Source: an uncultured Methanosarcinaceae archaeon | Lineage (GTDB): Archaea > Halobacteriota > Methanosarcinia > Methanosarcinales > Methanosarcinaceae | DNA: 64,000 nucleotides | Assembly (NCBI GenBank): GCA_963833425.1 | Contig: CAWHXP010000002.1 | Coordinates: 128,001-192,000, forward strand | Reading direction: 5' to 3' | In this document: positions 1 to 11,728 of the stretch, one piece after another | Layout: each line of letters starts with the position of its first letter | Position numbering within the stretch: the first letter of the stretch is position 1 | The notes under the pieces: generated by a model | Database searches by the model: none | Seen by the model: only the letters and a program-made list of their open reading frames with translations | Told to the model about the DNA's origin: nothing | Made by a program: the position numbers and the translations under genes

Positions 1-117
1 TATAATTTCTAGACTAGACTAGTCTAGAGATTTAGCGAAACTAAGCTACGTTTATTATCCTTACATTGAGAAATTTATCACGAAACATATCATATTTAAC
101 ATATTTATTCTGCAAAT

Positions 118-141
118 ATTTATTTATTTATTTATTTATTT
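118..141. repeat. (ATTT)6 simple repeat just upstream of the TPR pseudogene start
   Basis: Six consecutive ATTT units ending 9 bp before ATG at 151. Confidence 0.85.
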
Positions 142-150
142 TATAATTAT

Positions 151-679
151 ATGATCAGTATTATATCTAAGAAACTAATTGCATTCGGACTTATTATAGT
201 AGTTATATCATTAATAGCAACGATCTCAAGCGCATCGACGGACTCACAAACTTTTGGTGATCAAGCGGACATACTTAATAGCGCAGGCCAACACGATGAA
301 GCGATAAAAATCTATGACAATGAATTGCAAGTTACCGACTGGACGAAAATGCTTGGATCGGTAAAAGCGACATTTTATCTAAATCATATAAGGTGATGAA
401 GCAATCAAAATAGATAACAAGCACGTGAAACTTTTGACAATCAAGGAGCAAATCTTGTGAACTCGGACCACTGCGATGAAGCAAAAAAAAGTTTATGACA
501 AAGTACTTTTAAGGAATCCGATGGATTCTAAATTTTGGTTCGGAAAAGGTGGTGCTCTTGAGAAATTAGGTAGATTAAATTAAGCATACACTGCATATGA
601 TGAAGTAGCTAGTCCAGATGATTGGACCAAAAAAACCACAATTGTCGAGAAAATTGAGCAAATAAATTGTGGTTCTTAA
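151..679 (+). pseudogene. Signal-peptide TPR-repeat protein, disrupted
   Basis: Hydrophobic N-terminus, then DEAIKIYD TPR motif; TPR-like segments (DEAIK, DEAKKVYDK, WFGKG.ALEKLG) continue in shifted frames with stops. Confidence 0.7.
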
Positions 680-753
680 AAACAAAGAATAGCTCTGAAA
701 CTTCTAGTAAGATAATATTTAATTTTTTTATTGATTATATTTTTTTTACACAT

Positions 754-785
754 ATACACAAGTTTATGCTATAAAACATATGTAT
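754..785. repeat. Palindromic site A (ATACACAAGTTTA-TGCTAT-AAAACATATGTAT)
   Basis: Degenerate copy of the 31-bp palindrome family; lies between two convergent 3' ends. Confidence 0.55.
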
Positions 786-803
786 ATTCTCAACGTAAAC
801 TTT

Positions 804-2204
804 TCAGCAGATTTTTGCCAGATCATTTTCAGTTGAAACGATTTTTGTTGCCCCTAATTTTGCTGCTTGTTCAAGGAACTGACATGCTTTGTCTATATCG
901 TCTGCTAGAATTGTTGCCATATCCGAAGTGAAATTTTTCCTTATAACAATATGCATTATCTCGATATCCTCCGCATTTTTTGGTAGACAGTAGGCAGGGA
1001 CTATCCAGCCTTTTTCTCTAAGTTTAAACGATATCTGCAGCAAAGAATATCCCGTCTCTTTTTTTTGCCTGAAAGCAATTATAGGTAGCCTTTCTCCTTT
1101 TTAAGCATTTCAAACCGGTCCAATAGATCAAGTTTTTCAGCAAGATTTTGAGCAACTTTTGAATATTCTTCATTATCCCGGTATATCCAGCCCTGCCGAA
1201 CCTTAAGATACTGTAATATTGGGCTACAAGCATTGTACTACCTCTTGAAAAATTCAGGGTGTATGTCTTCTCTTGTTCCCCAAGATAGTTTACACTAAAA
1301 ATCAAATCCTTTGGAAGGTCTTTTTCTTCACGAAATATCAGCCAGCAAGCCCTGGATAAGTTAATCCATACTTATGTCCAGACACATTTACTGATCTTAC
1401 CCTATCCGGTCTGAAATCCCACTCAAAACTTGGTTCTGTGAAAGGCAATATGAACCCCCACTTGCAGCATCTACGTGGCTAGGTATATCCCAGCCCTTTT
1501 CTTTTTTATACTCCACAAGTAGGTTATTAATATCTTTTATTGGATCTATTTCTCCTGTAAAAGTCGTTCCTAGCACGCAACCAACACAGATGGTATTCTC
1601 ATCAATATGCTTAGAGACGCCTTTGGCTGTAATTGTACGTTTCTCCTTGTCTATAGGAATTTATATAGCATCAACATCGAAGTACTTGGCAAACTTGTCC
1701 CAGCAAACGTGGGCGTCTGCCCCAAAAATTATGTTTGGTTTACTTGTGCCGCGCCCCGAATTTTTCCAACTCCATTTGTGAGCTAGCAAACCTAGCAGTA
1801 TAGCCTCGGAAAAGCCTACTGTTGCAGTGCCAATGAATTCCGCGTTATGTCCATCAAAAAGCCCAAGCATATTCACGATATTTTTCTGAATAACCTTGCC
1901 AGTTTGCGGATATTCGAAGAGATCTATAATATTTTTGTTGATGTTTTCCATAATAAGCTTGTCTGCTTCCGGTTCCATCCAAGTATTGACAAAACTTGCC
2001 AGATTCAGAAAAGGATTGCCGTCCAGGCTCAGTTCATCATGCACTAGTTGATAAGCAGCTCTTGGACTCATTCCATCTTCAGGGAATTCATACTTAGAAA
2101 TTCCTTTTTTTGTAGCGTTTGGGAGATATCTAGCGCTGTATGCACCAACACGATATTTTTAGACTCTTCCATTTTTTTTCTATGATTGCTTTCTTCGAAA
2201 TCAT
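804..2204 (-). pseudogene. gad: Glutamate decarboxylase (PLP-dependent), frameshifted into several pieces
   Basis: Fragments carry GAD motifs: [39 protein letters not shown]...TLNFSRG, GWIVPAY.LP; multiple frameshifts. Confidence 0.9.
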
Positions 2205-2539
2205 AATTTTAATCCTATATTCGTTTCTAATTCTCTTAATGTTCTCTATTTCTTGGCGGTGTACATAAAGTCTGTAAAATCAAGATTATCGCTTTAATCA
2301 GAAATTGTGTGCCCTTTTTATCTGAATTTGGGATAAATACATAATTTTTATCTAATCGGTGTAATAATTAAAAGGCTAAATATTGCTATGTGGCAAAATA
2401 AAAAGGAATATTCTTTGGCCAGGAGAACCCAGCTTCTAAATGAATTTTTCCTATTTAGAATACCGATAGGTTTGTAGATTATATTTTTAAGTCAAAATTT
2501 TCTTGTGTTCAACCCACCTCCCGTAGAAATTCGCAATGA

Positions 2540-3130
2540 AAATTGAACTCGTGAAAATCATTGCTGGAATGCCTATAAGAACAATTGAGAGAATTGCAAA
2601 GACATTACAAGTGCATACTGTTTCAGTACTGCTACGATATAGTCTCCGAGATTAACTTTAACAACGTTAAATATGTAAAATTCAAAGAAAGACTCAATGG
2701 TCTGTTTCCTTAAGAAGTTAACCATGAGTATCGGGATCACAAAGAATCCAAGCAGCAGGCCAATGAGAATTCCATAACTAAATTAAAACGAGTAAATGAA
2801 TACTGTAGTCACTATTTTAGCACTTACGGGTCAAGTGTTTTGGATCTGGGGAAACTGATGCGGTAGTCTATCCTGAAACGTATTCTAAACAGACCTCTAA
2901 CCACGTACATATACATAGAGGTTAGTCTAAAAGGCCATGCCTATCTCCGGATAAGGGTAGGCATTTTGAACTTTCGTTGTTAAGACAGTGCTTTATCTTG
3001 CCTGTCGAAGAACCAACCGCACAGTAAGAATGCGCAAGCAAAAAAGCTAAATGAGAATATGCATAAGCAAGCTGTTCATGCCAAAAGTGTTTTCCATAAT
3101 GTTGATCCTGAGAAGGATTATCGTCCATTA
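2540..3130 (-). pseudogene. Remnants of a membrane-protein gene (possibly an amino-acid permease next to gad)
   Basis: Short hydrophobic translated stretches (GLLLGFFVIPILMVN; VFAILSIVLIGIPAMIF) with no continuous ORF. Confidence 0.25.
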
Positions 3131-3155
3131 TGAAACTAACAATGTTTGAAATTTT

Positions 3156-3554
3156 TCACATCGAGTGAGTAAGAGACACCTGTTTGCTCATCACTTTCAG
3201 CTTCTTGATTACTGAGATGGTTGCCTGAGATTCTTTGTAAATTTTGTCTTCATAATAACTTATGATCTCGTCAACCGAAGCCGCAAGAGAATAAATCTTC
3301 GTCGGGCGCCCTTTCCCAGGCTTTTTTTCCGAACGCATACTAACCCAAGACTTATTGCACATTAACCTCATTGCAAGACTGACTTCTGGTTGCCTTAATC
3401 TAGTACTTATTTCAATTTCCTGGGATGAAGCTTCGTTTACATTCATAAGATATGCCATGGTTGTAGCAGCATTTTTTGACATCCCGAGATTGCTTAATGC
3501 TTTAATAAAAATATGGTCACTTTCGTCCAACATTTTTACTTCAGAGTCTTTCAT
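3156..3554 (-). CDS. Winged-helix transcriptional regulator (Methanosarcinales ArsR/TrmB-like family)
   Basis: SQEIEISTRLRQPEVSLAM helix-turn-helix and KGRPTKIYSL wing. Confidence 0.85.
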   Translation of the reverse strand: MKDSEVKMLDESDHIFIKALSNLGMSKNAATTMAYLMNVNEASSQEIEISTRLRQPEVSLAMRLMCNKSWVSMRSEKKPGKGRPTKIYSLAASVDEIISYYEDKIYKESQATISVIKKLKVMSKQVSLTHSM

Positions 3555-4177
3555 GATAACTCCTTGACATTTCGAATTTATGAATCGTTTGTCATCTTAA
3601 AGAATGTTTTTATAATTACCACTTAAAGTTTGGGATACCTTATAAAGATTTTCACAACATATGTATTTACCTGATAAACGTTGCCATTTTGACATTTTGA
3701 AGATAAATAAAAAGCATTTTTTCTTTATTCGTTGGTTAACCACATAAAATCCCAAAAAACACTCTGCAGCCTCTTCACAGAGCTTAATCCAACTAGTAAG
3801 TATTTTGGACCCTCCTTCGGTTTACAAATACCCTGAAAACTGGTAGGACAGGCATATAATCTCTATCAAATTTAGCATTGTAGTGATCAGGCCGGGACAA
3901 AAATAGCTATTTAATTATGTCTATCCATGGCACTACTCCACATACCTAATCACGCCTATATACCAAAAAGCTAATCTAAAATTCCATGGCTACCGCTCGG
4001 GAATAAACTCAATAGATTTAGATGCCAGAAGGCTCGCAAGAAGTGAAAAAAGAAAAATATTTATTTCCTACTACCATATTGAAGGATTAGAAAATGGAGG
4101 AAGGCAGTGGGTTGATTTGTGAGTCGGTAGACAAAAAAGTTATAGGAATTTTAACAGATATAAGTATAATATTAGCT

Positions 4178-4588
4178 TTATTTTTCATCTTCTTCATTCC
4201 ATTCCATTAAAGCCTTCTCAATAGATATTAACGTGAACATAGTAGTATTGAAGATTTCGTCCGGGTGTTGTGGCATCCAACTGATTTCGTCGAGAACGTC
4301 TTTTGGGAGCCTAACAATGTCGTTCAGCTCTTCTCCTATCTTCACGAAATATTCAGTATATCGTAAACCATACCTACTGTTATCACACGCAGTGATAGAA
4401 ATATACTGAGTAAATGACCCATCATTCAGTATATCCCTCGAATATCTGTAATGAATTTCTTCAACGCAATCTGAGTAATCACTATTCAGTCTTTTGATGG
4501 TATCTGGGATCGATTCACCATCTTTCTGCAAAGCTTTCAGGTCTGATAATACACTTTTAGAAAGTCTGATAGTTTTGTATTGCTTCAT
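4178..4588 (-). CDS. Hypothetical protein with two ribbon-helix-helix-like segments
   Basis: Likely ATG at 4588 (MKQYKTIRLSKSVLSDL...GESIPDTIKRL); second similar unit IVRLPKDVLDEI...FNTTMFTLI. Confidence 0.55.
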   Translation of the reverse strand: MKQYKTIRLSKSVLSDLKALQKDGESIPDTIKRLNSDYSDCVEEIHYRYSRDILNDGSFTQYISITACDNSRYGLRYTEYFVKIGEELNDIVRLPKDVLDEISWMPQHPDEIFNTTMFTLISIEKALMEWNEEDEK

Positions 4589-4828
4589 GCTATGATTGAT
4601 GCAGTTGAGATCTATATATAGAATACTACATGAGTAGTTAACAGTACATGTACTAAAGAAGATTTCATGGATTTTTCGAGTAATTATACATATGAGTAGC
4701 AATTTTTTTTACATTTGTAGTATCGTTTAGTATAAATAGGTCTTGAAGATCCGGATATTCATATTTTTCCATACAGTGAACCTAAATCCAGAAAGCACCT
4801 GAATCATGAAAAGAGGCAGAAGAATTAA

Positions 4829-4874
4829 GTGAGCTCGCTGCGATTCGAACACATGATCTCCACAATTTAAAGGC
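4829..4874 (-). repeat. Degenerate direct copy of the 3' half of tRNA-Val(TAC); att-like relic or decayed tRNA
   Basis: Ungapped match of 36/46 nt to 8489-8534 (acceptor 3' strand, T arm, anticodon arm). Confidence 0.75.
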
Positions 4875-5540
4875 TTCATTAAATAATGCAGCCTAATAAT
4901 CCCTTTAATTCATGACCAAATCAACCCACTAAATTGCAACCCTATCAATAATCATTCCTCAACATCTGATTCCACACAAGAAACCAGTTGTGAGAACTTC
5001 GATGAACGCAACGTAATCATTGAAGGTAAAGTTGCCCACTATCCAACTTCTTTTTTATCTAATGGTGCAAACTTTTCACTTATTCTTCCCTGTTTCATAT
5101 GTTCCTGAACTGAAGAAGATATGTAATCTTAAGTCTTATTGTAGTGTACTAGAAGAAATTAAAAGTGGTCGTGTATCTGCAAAAACTATTCGTAAATGAC
5201 ATCTTAATATGATGATCAAAGAAAGTATTACAGAAAGTTTGGCTGGTTTCGTTCAAGGTAGAGCATCTATTACTGTAGGAAGTACACATTCTCTCAATAA
5301 GGTTCAAATAGCTGTGGATCAGTATCGAAAAAATATCGGAAAATTTTCTATTTAATTCAAGTTAGATACGAAGTAGATCAATTATATGTTGACTCGTATA
5401 TGTTGACAGCCCCCTCATTTCGTTACCAAAAGAAGATAGAGAACAAAGCCTTTTCTAACTTTCTTAAAAGTGGAGCTTCAACCACAAAACCCCTTCTTTT
5501 AGCTTAATGCCTAAAAAGAATAAAAAATTACCATCAATTT

Positions 5541-5624
5541 GCTGAGGCATCAAGTTTGGCCAAAGGCGCCAGATTCAGAGTCTGATCTCATAGGAGTTCG
5601 TGCGTTCTAATCGCACCTTTCGCA
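5541..5624 (+). pseudogene. tRNA-Leu(CAG) pseudogene, copy 1
   Basis: CCAGA-TT-CAG-AG-TCTGA anticodon arm and long variable arm; T loop mutated (TTCTAAT); acceptor and D stem 5' strands disrupted. Confidence 0.75.
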
Positions 5625-5843
5625 TAAACCTTTTTAATCTATTAATTTTCTTTTAGTTACTTTTTTGCTCATATATCCAAATTAACTTGCCTTTTATGGA
5701 GTCGCAACAAGATGAATTTTTAATGTAAAGGATTCAAGATATAACATACAAGACTAGACAAAAGCAAGAAGTAAACAGAGCAAAAAGTAGGAAGATAATA
5801 ATAAATAAGGACATATAAAAATAAAGATCTATTTTAACAATAT

Positions 5844-5928
5844 GTGAGGGTTGCCTAGCCAGGTCAAAGGCGTCAGACTTAAGATCTGATTACGAAGGTA
5901 TTCGTGGGTTCGAATCCCACCCCTCGCA
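5844..5928 (+). tRNA. tRNA-Leu(TAA)
   Basis: Full cloverleaf: GTGAGGG/CCCTCGC acceptor, TCAGA-CT-TAA-GA-TCTGA anticodon arm, long variable arm, GTGGG-TTCGAAT-CCCAC T arm; TATA-like box about 25 bp upstream. Confidence 0.95.
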
Positions 5929-6420
5929 CTAAAATTGTGGGTAATAGGTAACGTGAATTTTTTGTACGTGTGTGTAAAGTTTATGCACAACCCATTTTTT
6001 AAGAAGTTAACTAATTAAAAATTATTTATATAAACCCGTCTATTTATCAAGTGATCCATTTATAGATAATGTTTTAACAAGCAGTTGTAATCATTATAGA
6101 AGCCACAAAACCGATTAATGAAATCAGCGCTGAGGATCTTTGTAGTATTCTATCTAATCCTGGTTGTTTTAGTTCACCTAACCTCTCAATAACTTCCTCA
6201 TAGAATTCTGGTTTTATTATTTACAGAAAATTAGTATGTTAGAATTTTTATTTCATCCAAACGTTTTAGTTAAATCACTTAATTTATCAGCCTGGATAGA
6301 AAACAATTTTTCGATAGATGATGTATTTAAACTCTCAATTCCATTAAGTTTCTTTAGTTCTTTTTTCATGGCATCAAGGCTTGGGATAATAGTATGTGAA
6401 GTCACTTTAACTTTGAAAAT

Positions 6421-7696
6421 TTAATTAGTTATGCCATCCAATTTTTCAATAATTTTATTTATCTCTCCTTTAATTTCTTCAGTGTTATCTTTTATTGTTT
6501 TAATAATTTGTATTACATCATCGGGCATTGAACTAAAAATTGGAATTAATCCAACAAGTCTAGAAACTATTTTGTATTGTTTCACAAGATCTTTTTCAGT
6601 ACTTATTCCATCAATTTCTCTAAAAATACGTTCATAGGCAGATAAATTTAGCATTTTGAATATGAAATTCTCGATCAGATCTTCAATATTTTGCGTTATT
6701 TCTTTCTGACTACCGATTTCCCATTTCTGAACTTCTTTACTGACAGCACATGTAATTTCTTCCGTATCAGTTAGTTTCGCTTCTTTGCATACGATCTTTG
6801 CTTTCTTTTGAATTTCTTTAAGAAGCTCTTTTAGGTTTCTGTCAAGAATAGGCAGCCCTTTTTTCATTGTTTCTATTGCAAACAGTGCTTTTTCTTCGTT
6901 CTCTATCATAAGTTCCGTTGCACGATCACAGTATTGTCTATAAAAGTTAAGTTCACCTTTTTTTACTTCCAAGTCTAATTTCTCAAAATTCTTGAGTTCA
7001 TTTAATGCATTTGCAAGATTTTCAACAGCTTCAAAAAGTAGCTCTTTGCTCTTTGAGTCCCTAATTTCAGTTTTCGCTTCGGCCAGGTATCTGTCCACTT
7101 GTTTTTTTGCTTCATGTTTTTTGAAAAGTATTGTGTGGAAAGAACGGTAAAAAGGAAGGAAAAATTTAGATGGATTAGACTTATTGTCAAGTGATTCAAG
7201 TGCCGCTTCCTTAAAAAACTCAATAGCCTTGTCTAACTCCTCTTTATAATCTTCCTCGGTTTCTGCCTGGGAGGCCTTGAATATACAGACTCTTCCAAGA
7301 AAATGATTTGAGGAAATCCTCACATAATCATCAGAATCATTGGTCAGTCTATGTAAGTCATCCCATGCTTGTTACTTATCTGGAAATTGAGAAAACGCAG
7401 AAACAAGCACTTCGGCAGCATGACTCCTAACATAACTTATTTCATCATTGCTCAGTCTATATAAGTCATTCCATGCCTGTTATTTATCTGGTACTTTAGA
7501 AAACACAGAACCAAGAGCATCGGCAGCCTTAGCCCTCAAATCACTGTCTTCATCATTGATTAGTCTATGTAAATCGTTCCAAGCCTGTTTTTTAGAGGGT
7601 ATCAATGAAAAGTAAGCTGTTAACTGACCTAATACTTTGATACTTTTTTATATCCTTACTGATGCACTGATCGTGAATCTTCTTTTGGTCTATCAA
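6421..7696 (-). pseudogene. HEAT-repeat protein (Methanosarcina QAWxDLHRL-type repeats), disrupted
   Basis: 36-aa repeats QAWNDLHRLINDED..; frameshift near 7650 and in-frame TAA at 7480-7482 and 7372-7374; remaining 300-aa ORF 6421-7323. Confidence 0.8.
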
Positions 7697-7892
7697 CTGC
7701 CCTACACCAGAAATTTCTATGATACTTAGAGCTTAAAACAGTTTCTTTTTGAATCTTGAGATTTGTAAACAAGAGCAGCTAAATAATATATTTTAGGTTT
7801 CTTCTATTACGGTCTTGAAAACGATTTTTAGAATAGAAATTCAGAGAATTACATATAGGACTATATTTTATTAAACAGTAATCAAACCAACA

Positions 7893-7977
7893 TCGAGAGT
7901 TGCCCAACCAGGTTAAAGGCTCCCGATTCAGAGTACAGTTCCGTAGAAGTTCGTGCGTTCGAATCGTACCTCTCACA
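7893..7977 (+). pseudogene. tRNA-Leu(CAG) pseudogene, copy 2
   Basis: TTGCCCAACCAGGTTAAAGGC D arm, TT-CAG-AG loop, GTGCG-TTCGAAT-CGTAC T arm; anticodon stem largely unpaired (CCCGA/TACAG) and first acceptor pairs broken. Confidence 0.75.
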
Positions 7978-8489
7978 CTAATTCTCTTGGACCTACTCAT
8001 TTGAATTGAAATTATATAAACAATTACTATCCAAACCAAAATAATTTTGGCGTGCTGTATATACTTGATTTTGTACATCAAATACGTAAGTCTTATATCT
8101 ATTTCATCCTTTTTAAGATCAACTAAAACAAGGATTAAAGCCAAATATAGCCGAAGAGAAGACGGATCATAAACGGGGACATCATAGCACAGTATGGCAA
8201 TTATTATGTAGCAAAGCTTCAATGATTTTATTTTAGAGGAGTTACGTAGCACCAAAAAGATGTAAAGAAAATTTGATAAAAGTATCATATTTATTGAAAT
8301 CAGAAGCCGATAAATTTGCAGAAAAAATGAATATGAAACAGCATTCAAATACAATTTACTCTTGAGAGATATTAATGAATTTAAAGTTACACAACCAGAA
8401 ATAAAATCTTATCTTGAAGCAAGAATTGAAGCATTAGAAAAAGAAGATCATTAAACCTTTAAATTAGAAAACAAGGATAATAAAGATAG

Positions 8490-8563
8490 TGGGCCCGCTG
8501 AGATTCGAACTCAGGATCCCCGCCGTGTAAAGGCGATGTCATGACCGGCTAGACCACGAGCCC
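8490..8563 (-). tRNA. tRNA-Val(TAC)
   Basis: Reverse complement folds to GGGCTCG/CGGGCCC acceptor, TCGCC-TT-TAC-AC-GGCGG anticodon arm, CTGAG-TTCGAAT-CTCAG T arm. Confidence 0.95.
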
Positions 8564-9411
8564 ATTTCGCTGTTTATTGTATTTTTGGATTACTCAAAAT
8601 GCAAAACCAAAATGCTATTAATTGTATATATCTTTTTTGTTCCTCATAGATTTTTTTATTCTGAAATAATTTTACCTCCGAACTCGTTTTAATTTGTTAA
8701 TATCCTCACAACTTAGACAACTAACTCCGATTCTAAATTTTGCTTAAGTTGATAATCTGTTCTAGAAAGCACTTTCTAAGAATCCAGTTCTTCAAATTTC
8801 AAGGCCATTTGAAGCTTTGTGTTATACCTTGAACGAATTTCTCAAAGATTTCAAGCTCTTCTCTTAACCTCTGGAATTTATAATACATTCCCAGTTTTCT
8901 GCAATTCTGATATGTTATATCCACAAATGTTACCTTAATCACTTATTCTCTTTCGTCCATGTTTTTAGCGTTTTTCTTGATTCAATTTTGCACTTAAATT
9001 ATAATAGTTCCTAATCTAGTCAGTTCCAAAACTAATTATACAAATTAGAAAAATATCAAAAATTTATTAAAATTAATAAAGTTGCTGAGTTTGAAAATGA
9101 AAAGTTACTCAACTTATTGTATAAATAAAAACAATTTAAGGTTTGCATCTCCTCGAGTATGTACCATCATCGATTTAATTAATGAACCAGAAAAGAAAAA
9201 GATTCATTTACTTATTTTCTTAGTGCTTTGAAGCTCAAATTTTATAAAGAACCAGGTATTCGTATTTTTATTACTAAGAAAAACCTAAAGATAACATCCA
9301 AAGGTCTTCGAATAATATCAATCAAACAAGAACCAAAATGACTAAAAATCGGGAAAATTGTGACAGGCAAATTTCAGAAAGTATACAAAATATCCGGATT
9401 TAGTTTTCAAC

Positions 9412-10176
9412 TCAGGCAACCAAAAGGCGCATAATAATATAGTAAACCAAATCCCCTAAAACAACTGCAGTAATAAAGCCCGCTGTAATTGAGAGCATGA
9501 AAGGTATACAAGGCGTAACCCACACCTCTCTTTCAATAAACTCTTTTTTTATACACTCTTCAATTTTGGGTTTATGGTTCTCATCGAAGTCGAGTCTTGT
9601 CCAAACAAACTTTTTCTTAATTTCTCCTCTTCCACAAACCTCGAATTTCTCCAGTAAACTGAGATGTTCTTTATTTTCCATGGAATGCATATCGATCATG
9701 TACCCGATGAACATATAAAATGGCTTTTTCAGCATTTCAGGGGAGAAATGCAAGAGATTGTAACAGAACATTCCCAAAGGGACAATAGTAGTCATCAGGA
9801 GAGCATTTTCCAAGACAGTAAAAGTAAAAAGCCCTATTATAGGAGGGCCCAGTAGGGGATAGATCGCTCCCGATAAATTGAAGACAGGGTAAAAGGGGAA
9901 AAGAATTGAAAGTACTATCAGTCCTTTTGCATCCCCGCCTCCAATAGCTCCAACCTGAAAGAGAATATAAACAGAGACAAACACGATTATTCCAGAAAGA
10001 AACAGAGCTTTGAGATATGAGATCCCGCCTATTAAAATTTCATAAAATACGAGTACCGAACCAAAAATTATCATACACTTCCATACTTTGTTTGAGACAC
10101 TGCGGGTTTTTATGTCTGAATAACACGAATAAAGCAAAAAGGGAATCGTATAAAGTATTCTGATTACTTCGATCAT
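9412..10176 (-). CDS. A24-family prepilin/preflagellin peptidase (FlaK/PibD-like)
   Basis: SDIKTRSV first Asp, GGGDAK second Asp motif, C-terminal VWVTPCIPFM; multiple TM helices. Confidence 0.9.
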   Translation of the reverse strand: MIEVIRILYTIPFLLYSCYSDIKTRSVSNKVWKCMIIFGSVLVFYEILIGGISYLKALFLSGIIVFVSVYILFQVGAIGGGDAKGLIVLSILFPFYPVFNLSGAIYPLLGPPIIGLFTFTVLENALLMTTIVPLGMFCYNLLHFSPEMLKKPFYMFIGYMIDMHSMENKEHLSLLEKFEVCGRGEIKKKFVWTRLDFDENHKPKIEECIKKEFIEREVWVTPCIPFMLSITAGFITAVVLGDLVYYIIMRLLVA

Positions 10177-10239
10177 TTCAACCCAACAATAGAATTATCT
10201 AGATAGGAATTCACATCATTACTTATTTACTTTATTAAA

Positions 10240-10329
10240 GAACATTTGCATAAAACTCTGATTTTTAAAAGCCATATTAGAATCCATTTATAAGCATGTA
10301 GCATAATTTAGGGATTTATCGAAATACCC
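10240..10329. mobile_element. About 90-bp MITE-like element with IS5-like ends
   Basis: Ends resemble GAGAATTTCGATAAA; interior aligns with 35303-35389 (inverted) and 35885-35972. Confidence 0.6.
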
Positions 10330-10421
10330 TATGGTATTTAGATTTGCTCTGGTTCAGAATAACCATTCTTATTCGGTCCAAATTTTTGCTCAATAGTTGA
10401 CAAGAAAAAACTTTATCTATA

Positions 10422-11525
10422 GAGAATTTCGATAACCTCCATGCTCTTGAGCATGGTTGGCTTTGAATTTGTCAATATTTATGTATATTCATGAAAACTC
10501 TGACTGATTTTGCTCTTAAAAAGAGTGTAAACTTCTTGAATCTGTTGGAGATAAGCTTGCTGAAATTGCTTCCTGAATTGATTGGAAAACGTTTCGTATT
10601 ATTCATGAGCCTATGTATATTAACAAACCCTTTTCAGGAGGGAGACCTGAAACTGATGTCATTGTGATGTTCAAAATGCTTGTTTTACAACAATGGCACA
10701 GGCTTTCTGATTTTGAACTTGAGAAACAGTGTATAGATTGAATTTCTTTTAGAAAATTCCTTGGATTTCCGGAATACATACCTGACAGTACTACTGTATG
10801 GCTATTTAGGGATAGAATTATCGAGAATTTCCAAGAAAATATGGGTAAAGTTGCAAAGCCAACTTGCTGCTCTGGGTTTACAGATAAAGCAGGGAATTAT
10901 TCAGGATGTTACTTTTATCCATTCAGATCCAGGACACGCAAAAGCAGAGAGATGAGGCAAAAACAAGAAGAAGCAGAGACGGAACATGGACAAAGAAGGA
11001 GGTAAGTCTCACTTTGGATATAAGCTTCATAATATAATAGACAGAGATTATGAGCTGATCAGAAGATTCAAAACAACAACTGCGTCAGTACATGATTCGT
11101 ATGTAGATATAACAGAGGATACTTTGGAGCAAAAACGAAAGGGTATAATGCAACAATGAAAAAAGCAGTCAAAGGAAATACGCTGGGAATAAAGGATATA
11201 TTAAGAAATAAGAGAATTAGCTCAAAAGGAGTTCCAGGGGGAAGAGTTTATTCAGTAACGAAAGAAATTTTCAAAGCAGGAAGATTTTTTGTTACTACTG
11301 TTAAAAGAGTAAATATAAAAATGTTGTGTACGGCTTTTTGTTATAATCTCCATCAATTGAGGACATTGAAAATAAAAAAAGTATATTGAAGATAGCGGAA
11401 GCTATCTTTAAAATCAAAGAATTGAGAATAAGTAAAGCCAAAAAGAGGAATTAAATAGAGAAATTGAGGGGAAGATATGAGAAATACCTGCTAAGAAATA
11501 AAATCCGAAGTTTATCGAAATTCTC
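10422..11525 (+). mobile_element. IS5-family element with pseudogenised transposase
   Basis: Inverted ends GAGAATTTCGATAACCT / AGTTTATCGAAATTCTC, TATA flanking both sides; fragments with GRP..DVIVMFKMLVLQQW, IIQDVTFIHSDPG, HFGYKLH. Confidence 0.9.
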
Positions 11526-11728
11526 TATAAATTTTAATTCCATTTTTTTGCAACCTACTCTATAAAAAATTAAAAATTATAGAATTATTAAGTAGAAATT
11601 ATAAATGATCTAACTAAACATACTTTCTGCAGATGCACATGATAATTTCATCTATTTTTTTTCAATCTGAAAGTAGCTTAAAAATTGATCCAACTTCTAA
11701 TGAATAATAATGAATCAAAATTTCGCTG

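Noticed and set aside
8..28. Perfect inverted repeat TCTAGACTAG-A-CTAGTCTAGA
   Set aside because: Single occurrence at the window edge with no context
7779..8354. 191-aa hydrophobic ORF on the minus strand
   Set aside because: Overlaps the tRNA-Leu pseudogene antisense, TTG start, no recognisable motif; probably a chance ORF in AT-rich DNA
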